Origin: Fistulifera solaris
Taxonomy: Eukaryota
Assembly: GCA_030295235.1 (NCBI GenBank)
Contig: AP026126.1
Location: 1,054,001-1,118,000 of the forward strand
Length of the DNA stretch: 64,000 bases
Direction: 5' to 3'
Below the pieces are notes generated by a model. That model was given only the letters and a program-made list of their open reading frames with translations. It did no database searches and had not been told where the DNA came from. The translations under genes were made by a program, and so were the position numbers. Every line of letters begins with the position of its first letter. Position 1 is the first letter of the stretch. This document shows, one piece after another, positions 11,345-22,134 of the stretch.

Positions 11345-12372
11345 ATTTTCACGTCATCGGATATCGTCATCCTGACACTTGTTAAGATAAACATTAAAAA
11401 AATATGAACACAAAGCAAAAATTCACGGCACGTACATACTCAACTCCGCGACACATTCCAAGCGTCCACGATTGCTTTCAGTCATGAAACATGCATTGGT
11501 TTTCGTGTGAAACACGTAAACGTTACGAGCACGAGCAGTGATCGAAACATCCCCTTCATTGTTTGTTCATACATAGATACGATTTAAGGATTGTCGCATA
11601 GGCCGTGTTCCCTTTAGAATTATCACCAGGTAGACGATGTGTGAAGTGAAAATCTTCTTGCCATTTATTTATAGCCTCTATTTTGTAGTAAGGCGCCTTT
11701 CTCCGCGACTGGATTTCAGTCCTGAACACCCATCATTTTTCTTGCGAAACGTCCACGATGTCGATGGCCCCTTTGAATTAGACGACCTGATTTCGTGAAA
11801 TACTTCTCGGATGGTACCTTCGAGGATTTACTATAGCCTCGAAGTGCACAGTCTGCTGCCGGCTGCAACAGCAGCCATCCAAAAACGCTTTTGGGTTCGA
11901 TTTTCGGACATTTGGCCACTCTGTTTCTACTTAAAAAAGAATACTCTTGTTATTACAATCCTTGTTTGTGTAAGCGACCAAAACTATATTCAAGATACCA
12001 GGTACCGGAACTTGCCCATTGAATGTGGCTCAGCGACCGCGGAGCGCTGAGCGTCTTTTCTACTTCTGTTTGCATTCCGTTTTGATGTTGCCAATTGCAT
12101 CGAAAGCAGTTGCTGTGCTCTTTCGTTGACTACTTTGTGTCAACTGGTGACACCAGTAGTCAATTATAAACTAGCACGACAGTACACTGCTTAACAAAGA
12201 CGACCAAGGTTCTTTGTGAATATAAAGATTACGTTTTGCGCTAGAAAACGAAATTTCCGTACCTTTGTAAGACTGGTCGACAGCATTCCTCTATTCCAAA
12301 ACTCTGTGTTTACCTCGCTTCTTCCAGTCGCTGTGTTATTTTGTGAAGTGAAAGAAAGAGGACAATCTTGCA

Positions 12373-13792
12373 ATGGCTGGAGGGAAAATGGCGTCGCTGC
12401 TCTTGAATTGCAAAATGTCTCTCCAGCATGTACAAACATGGCGACTTAGAACTCGACCTCTTGCACACACACTCAGCACTAGACATGCTTCCTCTAAATC
12501 TTTGAACTCTTCTGTCTACCTCAAGTCGGCATCTTTAATCAGCAAACTACCACAACGCGGCCTAAAGCTTAGAGCGCGAAAAGACCTTTCTGTGGATTCG
12601 CGGCTTAACATGGGAAGTCATGCCAAACGCCGCCAGGCAACACTGTCTATCGAGACTACTGCAGGGCAAACAGTTCAGCAACAGAAGCAAGTGATACGGC
12701 AATCTCTCAGAGAATTTTTGGAAGAGGCGCTGAAGAAGCCTCGCACCGTTCCGATTCCGCGCTGGGTTACACCCAAGCATGTCACGTTTACTTTAGCGGA
12801 AGCATTCGGTCACTCTTCTTTCGTTCTCGTGGCGTTTTCTTACGCTGTGGACGACTATTTAATGCTGCGTATGATTGCTGTCGCTGGATCATCGGCTATG
12901 CTATTCTTCGCTTACTTTCATCCACACGGGCGTGTTCTTTGGCTCCCTTTCAAATGGAACTGTCTCTTTATCGCAATTAACAGTTACCGCGTCGGAAAAG
13001 TTTATTGGAATAGATATCTGGCCGAGAAGTTATCACCAGAGCTTATGGAGCTCCGTAAGAACAGTTTCTACCTAATGGATCCTGTTGACTATGCTCGGTT
13101 TGTTACGCTCGGCACCATGCATGATGTCAAGTGCGGAGAAGTGTTGACATCTCAGGGTGAACCTAACGGCTATATTCGTCTGGTAGTGGACGGTGAATTA
13201 CGAGTCCTACGCGAGGGAAAACTTGACCTACAAGTTGGGCACAGCCAACTTTGTTTCTGAATCGGGTCTTCATGCGGGTCTTCTTTTAAAGGGCGAGGTG
13301 GAATCTTGCTGCACGATACTTGGCGAAGCAGAAAGCACTCGGGTGCTTACGTGGGATCGCACCGAACTGATGGATCTCATGGAGAAGTATCCCGGTATTC
13401 GAAGCTGGGTCAAGACCAGCCTTTCTTGGGATATTGTCCGTAAGTTGAAAGAACAAAGGGCGTTGCAGGCCTCGGGCGAAATTGAAGACCCCGACGAGTG
13501 GACGGAACGGCGCAATAGGCAAACTCAGCACCGATACGCTGCTATTTTGAAGAATATCTTGTCGCACCATCCGCAGTACTTGAAAGATCGACGTAAGCAA
13601 TTACAGAAATATCAAATGATTCATAGCATCGACGAAGAGAAACACGAGGCCGCACTTCGAGAATGTGGTTGGACGCGTGAGGAATTTGAAGCTGGGGAAC
13701 GCAAAGACTCACAGTATTACACCAGCGATGACGATGAAGGGCATGATTTGCGGTGGTACTTTACGACGGCGCTTTTGAGAGTGTTTGGATGA
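12373..13792 (+). CDS. Popeye-like membrane protein with cyclic-nucleotide-binding (cNMP/CRP-like) domain (1 apparent frameshift ~13215-13223)
   Basis: Three TM segments (HSSFVLVAFSYAVDDYLMLRMIAVAG...WNCLFIAIN), then GEVLTSQGEP..IRLVVDGELRV...GTANFVSE cNMP-binding pattern. Confidence 0.75.
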
Positions 13793-13978
13793 CCCGCTGC
13801 CACGGTCTCGAACCAAATAAGTTTTGATAGATAGAGAGACATAAAGTAAAGCATTGTACACTCATGTGAATATTATATCTGCTAATGAATGGCTGCGAAA
13901 TACTAATTCTTTAACTAAATTTGCCACTTTGTACCCGGAAACTTAATTGACAGATTGTTCGTCCGGCGCGCCCACATG

Positions 13979-14940
13979 TCATCTGGGTGCAACGTAGCCA
14001 GTCTCGATCGCCCATCGAACTAGCTGTGTCCGAGACTTTGTCATTGACTCTTTGTACAGTTTGGTCACTATCTTTTTCACTTGTGGCACTCCAGTGCCCC
14101 GCTGTGTGGCTATTTCCGCATTGCTGTAGCCCTTGCTAATCAGGTCAAGCACTTCTCGCTCTGCCAGAGTAAGATACACATCCGTTTTTTTGACAACGTT
14201 ATCACTATTCTTCTTCATCAATTGTTTGATGCGCGAGATCTCATCTTTAAGTTCCATTCGAAGCATCCCCTCCGAGCCCTTTTTCAGCTGCTTTTGGCGA
14301 GCTATTCGATTGTCGACTATAGCTACCAGCTCATCTGGGTCGAACGGTTTGGGCAAGTAAACATCCGCTCCTGCATTGTATCCGTCAATGCGATCTTTCG
14401 TCATGGCCTTTGCAGTCAATAGAATAACAGGAACTTTTTTAAGACGAGAATCTTGCCGTATCCATCGCAGCAATTGCACTCCGTCTTTTCCAGGCATACG
14501 AACGTCACTAATAATGACATCGGGTGAGCGAGGTAGATCACCCTCCTCGGTTCGATTTGCCAACAAATCTAACACAGCATCGGCGCTCGAACAAGTTGTG
14601 ACCTGATAGCCTTGGTTGTGGAGATAATCACCCACCGCTACGCGCGTGTCGAGCTCATCATCGACTAATACGATCCAATGTCGATTGCGTCCGACAAATT
14701 GTGCCCAAGTTTTTGGTCGATGCGACCCGTACTTTCATCTTTGACCGCGAAATTACTTGCTGTTTTGTTGCTGGCTTCCTTCCGAACAATGAACGACCGT
14801 TTGTTTGTTATACGATTGATACCTTTGTGCGAAGGTTCTCTCGCAAGAAACGCATGAGCCAACTGAAGGAGTGGCCCGAGAATAACAGCAAGCAACAACA
14901 ACGAACGACGACAAATGCTTCGAAACGACGCTGATCTCAT
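13979..14940 (-). CDS. NarL/Ycf29-like response regulator (REC + LuxR HTH) with bipartite plastid-targeting presequence (1 apparent frameshift)
   Basis: WIVLVDDE...DVIISDVRMPGKDG...VILLTAK...YLPKPF receiver domain; LTLAEREVLDLISKGYSNAEIA LuxR HTH; presequence LLLLAVILGPLLQLAHA-FL. One extra A in the A-run near 14710-14714 restores the frame. Confidence 0.85.
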
Positions 14941-15421
14941 TAATGCTTTGCGTGGGCGAAATTTATTCGTAAGTTTCACTTTCACAAGCTTTTAACGCTT
15001 TTAACCCACTTTTTTAAGTGCAAGAGAAAACAGCTCCTCCTGAACAGTTCTAAATTGTAAACATCATGGCATAATACTGGTACTTGTACCGGCACCTCTA
15101 TAAACGCACCTCGATGATGATGATTCATTTCGACGAAAACTCATTCGTTTGTCACGACTGGACTGCAGTCCCGAGTCGTGAAACGTTCACCGATTGTATT
15201 ATTCCCATCACTGTTTAATATTTTTCTTACTATTCCCTACATCGAGACTGCATCCTCGCTTCGACAGGAGATAACTTTGCGTTTCTTTTCTATTCTATAA
15301 GGTGCACTCAGAAGTAAGTAATGCAGGTAACTGGCTTATCAAAATAGTTTCAAAAATACTACCAAACGACAGTGTAGAACTAAATCTTCGCTCCCTTTGC
15401 TTTGCGGTTGGTTGGAGTCAA

Positions 15422-16673
15422 TCAGTACGGCATGTCCTTCATCATTTTGGCCTGTTTCATCACGTTGTTGTGCATAATCTTTGAAAGTTCTTGCATTGGA
15501 AGTAAAGGGAACGGGTATTCAATTTCGTGCCCAATTTCATCAACGCCGACGAGGATGTACGTTGTTAAACTTGTCGCAATGACAACACCGACAGGCGACA
15601 TACCTACACCCAAAAGCCCGATTGGAAGCAGAGTCAAATACAAACAAAGCAGTCGCGCTGTGTGCCTCGTGAAGGTAGGAGGGATGGGACTACCCACAAG
15701 TCGCTTGCATATTCCAATACATTGTTCGAGCTCATTGACACGATCCGCCATTTGTAAATGAGCTCCTTGGTTTAAAGACTTGGCAGAAGCCAACATGCAG
15801 AGCTTCCTTAAACGACTCAAAACTGCGGTTGGGCGATCCGCCGGAGCGGCCAAGAGCCAAGCAGCTTCTTCTGGAGGCAAGACAGTCTGAATGATTTCAT
15901 CGTCTCTTTCTCGTCTCAAAAATCCTTTCAAAGTCCAGGACAAGATTGCTAAATAACGGAGTGCCAGAAGAGCCAGGGGGAAGATCGGAGGGCGCCACAT
16001 AGGAACAGAAATAACCGGCGAGCGATTGCACTTGACTGCTCATGACGCCCCACGTTTTTCGAGCATCGAGTAGTCTCTCTAGAGCTCGATTCGTCCGAAG
16101 TGTAAGAAGCAGCGCAATGGGAGAACCAAAGGATCCCAATAGGCCCGATCGGACAGATACTTTTTTAAGATATGCCGGAAACGCGGGGAGAAATGACGCC
16201 GCCGAACTCAACAGCGCCGCCCACAATCCCATGACACCCACGACCGGTAGGATTTCGGCAGCCGTGGTAGAATATCTCCAGCTGCTGAGATGACGCCAGT
16301 AACGGCGAATCGGTGGTGCGGAATCTGGAAAGAAAAACAATGTTACTCAATGCGAGCGCAACAATGATTAGAGACATCTTTTTCCTGCCTTTCACTTACG
16401 TTGTAACCAGTCCTCGTGAGTCCAGCTACGCGTAAAGGAACTATCTCGCGATATTTTGTAGCATGGTGTCAGGATGGTGCTGTTGGTTTGAATACTCTCA
16501 ATACTAGCTACGTCACGTAGAAAGTCCGCAATCATTTGCTCCTCCTTCTGCAAAGGATCCATACCTCGGGGTTGCCATGTAGGTGCGAGGTCAGTCGAGG
16601 ACGCTGACGCCAGTATTCCTAAAGCGACGCAAATTGTGATCTGCAGCAGAGAAGAAAAGGGGATCATTATCAT
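15422..16673 (-). CDS. Bestrophin-like anion channel (UPF0187/BST-VCCN type), 2 exons plus 1 apparent frameshift
   Basis: LLLTLRTNRALERLLDARKTWG, CKRLVGSPIPPTFTRHTAR, GVDEIGHEIEYPF; intron ~16399-16325; N-terminal signal peptide. Confidence 0.85.
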
Positions 16674-16979
16674 CACTTTGTAATAGAAGATGTAATAGAA
16701 GATGCTGCAACTGCAACCTGTGTTGTTGTGAGAAAATAATGCCGATGCGGTTGCGTTGACGACGACAAATAATACGGAGGTGATGTTTTGTACCGGTACG
16801 AGCAAAACGTATTCTGTCTGTACTATGTACGTTACTCAGCGTTGAAAGTGCGTCCCAAGCCATCGACATAACTTTCGGCATTACCAAGCTTGTCGTATGT
16901 GTCAAGGAACAAAAAGCTTGAGCATCATTTTTAAGTGTTTCTCGTCTTTAAACAGCTTTCGTCTTTACATAAAATCACG

Positions 16980-17639
16980 ATGAATCCCTCGTTGTCCTGC
17001 GGGAGATTGACTTTTGTGAGAATTATAATCCTCCTTTCTTTCTACGGAACATGCGCTTTCCCTCTCTTCCCCAAATCATCTTACAAGTGCATCACACAAC
17101 TGCACGCCGTTCGTACCAATGATCAGCGATCCAAACGACAAGAACGTGTTGGTCAGCTCGTGCGTATTGAGTTGGGGAAGATATTACACCAGGGTAGTGC
17201 TAGTCGGGCCGAATTCCTAGATACCGAGTTAAGGCAACGGATTTCGGTCGTCAAGGCCGACGTATCACCGGACTTGCGACAGGCTCGCATTTCGATTTCT
17301 GTTTCAGCCTCACTAGCACGAGAAGACACGGCCATGGATAAGCGACGAGCCTACGCGTGGCTCGTCAACAACGCCAAGCCTTTACGACATGCACTGGCGC
17401 AAAAGCTGAGTCACATGAAGTCATGCCCCGAATTAAAGTTTGTGCAAGTCGATGTGGCCGCCGCGGTAGACGTCATGTATTTGATTGACAAAATTTCGTC
17501 TGGAAATGACAAACGATCAGGTAGTTTACTTGGGGAGTCTCCGTCGGGCATCATGGGTGGTGTTGATTTTGATTTAGATATGGATGATGAAGACGATTGG
17601 GAAGAGGAAGATGAGGACTTCTTTTTAACAGAAGACTAA
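16980..17639 (+). CDS. rbfA: Ribosome-binding factor A (organellar, probably plastid)
   Basis: RQERVGQLVRIELGKIL, ISVVKADVSPDLRQARISIS, LRHALAQKLSHMKSCPELKF; presequence ending TCA-FP. Confidence 0.9.
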   Translation: MNPSLSCGRLTFVRIIILLSFYGTCAFPLFPKSSYKCITQLHAVRTNDQRSKRQERVGQLVRIELGKILHQGSASRAEFLDTELRQRISVVKADVSPDLRQARISISVSASLAREDTAMDKRRAYAWLVNNAKPLRHALAQKLSHMKSCPELKFVQVDVAAAVDVMYLIDKISSGNDKRSGSLLGESPSGIMGGVDFDLDMDDEDDWEEEDEDFFLTED

Positions 17640-17699
17640 AGACTAAGCAGTCTAGTCTTTAAGTGGCACATTTTCGATTCGAATCAATATATTATGTAA

Positions 17700-18689
17700 T
17701 TACGATGACATTTCGTTGCGTTTCTCTTCTTCAAATTCGTAATGCATATCGTTCACATCAATCGCATGAATTTTGACCCAACCATCCTTAGTGACATGAT
17801 ATAAATTGTTGATTCCACCCGATGCAGCATCACGGTGTGTGGCATGGTAAATGGCACGCTTGCCGAGATCAATGGCTTCTTCCAAAGTTAAATCTTCACG
17901 ATAGTAATTGTCCAAAACACCGTAAGCAAATGTGGAGCCACTGCCTACAGAAAACATCTTGCCTTTCAAGCGGGTGCCATCGTCATCAACATAGTAAAGC
18001 TGAGGACCTGTTTCATCCCATCCCGTGATCATGGTACCCATGGAAAGTCCGTATCCGCGGTACGAGGCCATCGTCCCGGCGAGCAATTTGGACGCCGCCG
18101 CGACCGTAATACGACGCCCATTGCGGAGTTCGTACATACGACACTGCAAATTCAATCGACGCTCCCAGTAACTGCAATCGGCCGCTCCTCCCGCCATGGT
18201 TCCAAGCAAATAAGGGTTCATTTCAATCACTTTCTTGACGGTCTGGGAACTAATGTAATTTCCTTGAGTAGCCCGCGAATCGACACTGACTATGATACCG
18301 CCGTTGAATTTGAATGCCAGCGTGGTAGTGCCCTTCGCAAATTTAATCTCCTGTCCTGCATCGCCTGTACCGCACGTCGAGCGAAAATGAGAGCTGCAGT
18401 AAAGAGCTGGCTGCGAAAATCAGGAAGAAAGGGTATCAAAAATAATGAGAGAAGACAAGCAATAGCAAACCAGTTCAAACAGAGCATCACGCAATGCTTC
18501 TCTCGTCATCTCTGCTACACGTACATCTTTGACATTTGGTACATCAAAAGCACCGGGTCTTCCCATGAGAAGATCCTGCGATAAGCCGATTTGGGCTTTA
18601 TTTCCGCAGTAACGATCGACTGCTTTGCGCGACCCAATGTCCAAAATATCGTCCCCAATTACCAATGGTTCCATTCCGAACATGCTCAT
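17700..18689 (-). CDS. PSMB5: 20S proteasome subunit beta type-5, 2 exons
   Basis: Intron 18524-18411; [10 protein letters not shown]...[35 protein letters not shown]. Confidence 0.95.
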
Positions 18690-18960
18690 GATGAAATTCT
18701 TATTTAGTGATTCACAAAAGAAGAGTTTAATAATGTTGCGAAAAGATGTTTTGCCTGCAGAAGATTGCAACATGGTCGCAGTCGCAGTGACCGAAGACGA
18801 TGCTGTTCGAAAGCCGAGGAAATGTGAGATGACGTCAATCTAATGAACGAGCATTCATTAATCATGACTGAAGCAGAAAACTTTGCTATACCTCGTAGCC
18901 GGTACGGTACTGGGTACCTCTCAGAGCTCAGAGTGTACATTTTTTGTAATATCTCTTTTC

Positions 18961-18982
18961 TCATGACTGATTTTCAGTCCTG
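18961..18982. promoter_or_regulatory. Dyad motif TCATGACTG-N5-CAGTCCTG (second, degenerate copy at 19158-19176)
   Basis: Lies in the divergent intergenic region between PSMB5 and the 19303 gene; matches the window-wide consensus. Confidence 0.45.
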
Positions 18983-19302
18983 TTTGGAAACGCGCTGCGA
19001 CGCGTGCGGTGCTGGGTACCTTGTATCAGTAAGTTCCCTATTAAGGTTAGAAATTGGGAGCAATTGTTAACTGTAACCTTACTGGTAGGCTGAACCTAGT
19101 AGTGCGGTACTGAACCGAGTAGCAGTGTAGTGCAATGTGTAAGCGACCATTTCGCCCGACTGGTTTTAGTCATGAGTAAGGGCACTCTTACGCTTACGTC
19201 CAATCGTTGCAGATTTCGTCCCTTCGTTTCGCCATCTCTATATTTCATTTACCAAAATAAATCTCGGTAATTTATCGTGATGTAATTAAAACGCAAAGAG
19301 TC

Positions 19303-19716
19303 ATGAACCACTCTCAATTGATACGCAGTATGGTGCAGGCGCAGGATGAGCCCGTTCGCCCAGCACCTACTCGCTCAAACAACAAAAGTTACCAAGCCAC
19401 CAAAAGCAAAAATATTGTCACCCGCGAAGATATTCTAAGGTATCATGTCAAATCGGTTTTAGTAAGGGACCGTTTATTGAGTAATACCAACAAAAATGAG
19501 CATTCTTTCATGTTCCGTTCGGCGAAAAAGCCACAACGTTTACCGATTCGCGACGCCGCACGCTTGCCAGAACCTACCTTTAATAAGGCGAAGCATGAAA
19601 GAGTCAAAAAGGAAGTGGCGTTACAAAAATTGACAAAGAAATTGCAACAAAAAGCGAAAGACGAGAAGAAACAGTTGAAAAAGTCAGTGAAAAAGCAGAC
19701 CCTCTCGAAGCGGTAG
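19303..19716 (+). CDS. Hypothetical small basic protein (137 aa)
   Basis: ATG-initiated ORF with Lys-rich C-terminus, filling the space between neighbours. Confidence 0.55.
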   Translation: MNHSQLIRSMVQAQDEPVRPAPTRSNNKSYQATKSKNIVTREDILRYHVKSVLVRDRLLSNTNKNEHSFMFRSAKKPQRLPIRDAARLPEPTFNKAKHERVKKEVALQKLTKKLQQKAKDEKKQLKKSVKKQTLSKR

Positions 19717-19769
19717 ATTATCATACTTGTCCAACACGGTTTCCAGGTTAAATCATAATTGTGTAATTA

Positions 19770-21287
19770 TTAGTTGACAACGTTTAGAGATAACGATTGA
19801 GGACAGGTAGCTTGCTCAGATGGTATGACAGAGGCCAAAGGATTGCGTTGCAGACAAAAATACCACAAAAAGCCTATCCACAAGTGGACCGTCCCATCTC
19901 CTGGACCCGACAAGTGACTTGAAGACGGAATAAAGATACCAAAGACAACAGGAGCAAACTTGATCGTTTCAGGATACAGCAGATCGTAGACCTTGTAAAA
20001 CACGGAAGTGCAAACCTGTATCACCAGTGGATGCAGCAGATACACGGTATAAGCTCCTTCGGCCAGATACGACCAGTCTTGGTTCACGTATTCTTGAAAG
20101 AATTGCAAGTAGGCAACAGATATATCGACACATAGCATTCCCGCGGCTAAAAAAGTAGGCGAGGTGTTCGACTGGACTCTTTCTGATAAAATGTAGATAC
20201 ATGACCACGATACCTTCCAAACAAACCATCACACGTAATTTCCACGGAGCGATATCCATTTGTTCGGAAATTGTTCGTTCGTGTGATATCCATCCATATT
20301 CACCAGCCACAGTACCAGCGCTGAATAGCAAAATATCGCTGAACAGTGTTCCTGGGGACGCAATCGGCATGGCATAGAAGTACGATATGTTCAGCACCCG
20401 AGAAACGACGAATTGCGCAAAGCCGCACGTGCCTAATCCCCACATCCACCGCTTCCGTGTGCTAAGAAAAGGGACACAGCTTGTACCTCCGCTCGTTTCA
20501 TCTTTTTCATTCGCGAGAAGTATGTAAATCCATTCAAAGAACAAAAGCCAGTAGATGAACCAAGTGGCGCCGAGGGACGGAAAATACACTAAATCTGAAT
20601 TTGCAGTCCACTGTGCGATACAAAAGCAGAGAGGATTCAAAAACACCAATGAAACCCATGCGGGAACCAGCAGTCGAGTTATACGGCCTTGTATGAATGC
20701 ATGACCGCCTTTGCGCTTGTAACTTGATGCCGTGAAATAGCCGGAAATGAAAAGAAGAGACACATGAAATAGGACTGGTTGAATATCATGAGCTTGCGTA
20801 TTGCAAATTTGAATGGATTGTCATAATCACCAATGACCATCATCCAAGAAAGATCACCACAGCAACCGAATGCGTCCGCAGTGTGGTTGAGCACCACCAG
20901 AAAAGTGAGAAAGACTTTGACATTGTCGAGATAATGCATTCGTTTTCGAGCAGGTTCTGAATCTTTTCTGTTGATTGTTTCCATTAAACTTGCAGTTGAG
21001 CTTTCGATGTCTTCTTCGGTCATGTCCTCTTTGGACACTTTTCGCCTCACGAGGCGCTTTCTTTCCGAATTGTCCTTCGCGGACTCATTTTCCAGGCCAC
21101 CCCACAAGGAACGAGGGCGCCGTGCATAGAGTACAGAAACGAAAATCGTGAAAAGGTAGGCGGTAAGAAATTTTGCCACGCCTTGATCTTCGAGTAGATA
21201 TTGTCCAAAGAGTGCACAGACGAAAGCTATGACCAGATATCCTTTGAGAGGAATCTTGTTGTCGATTCGCGTGCGTAGCTTGATCAT
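19770..21287 (-). CDS. Acyltransferase family 3 (OpgC/MdoC-like) multi-pass membrane protein (2 or more apparent frameshifts)
   Basis: RMHYLDNVKVFLTFLVVLNH, NQSYFM.LFF.ISGYF, RITRLLVP, WFIYWLL and YTVYLLHP spread over ORFs 20679..21287, 19969..20763 and 19770..20138. Confidence 0.85.
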
Positions 21288-22134
21288 GATATTTATCGAC
21301 TACTGCTGTCTGACGGTGCTACTTTCATGAAGAACTTGTTCCTTGGAAAAGCGTCGCTGTTGCTTGTCTGTTGCCTTTTGACGCGTAATCAAAAATCTTA
21401 TAATGAAAGGTTAGTTGCTTTGCGGAGTGACGGTAGGTTGGTTCGGTTTGGCATTGGCGACAGGCGAGATGGACACAAAAAGCGAGGAAAAAAGATGCGA
21501 AGCGTCGAAAGTCTACGCGTTTTGACGTGGGCCTGGTAGGAAATTCGTCGATGTGAGGCGTACCCGGATATGCACCAATCCGAGCATACGCATTTTTGGG
21601 GTCTGCTTGGCTCCAATGTTATCTCCATTTTCCCCAACATGATCCCAAGTATTCTAGTTAACAATAATAAGATGCGTTTGAATGCCATAACAAAGATTTG
21701 ATGTCAGTTGCAACGCCTCGCAAGTCTACGCTGGTCTCACGTAGGCCTAGTAGGAGTTTTTATCGACGGATGGGGAATCTGGAGTCAAAATCAATAGCCA
21801 TAAAACGATGTTTGGAAGTCGGCGCCATCGACTGCCTGCCTCCCCTAAGCTTTCTATGATAAAATACATAATACTGATCAGTTGGCTTTGATTATGTATC
21901 CTCTAGAGTTCCTGTTTCGAGCGAGTGTGTTACAGCGTAAGCGACGGAAACTCTTTGGCGATTAACATGACCGTCTGGTGGTGAAAGCTGAATATTCGTC
22001 CCCTGTGCGGCCCTCGGTCTATAAAAGCGCATCCACTAGGAACACAAACGCACGCGAGCAGAAGCCGTTCACGATATGCTGTCCTGTCGAAATAGGGATC
22101 TAAACAAATGAGTAGCCTACGGTCTGCTTTGAAC

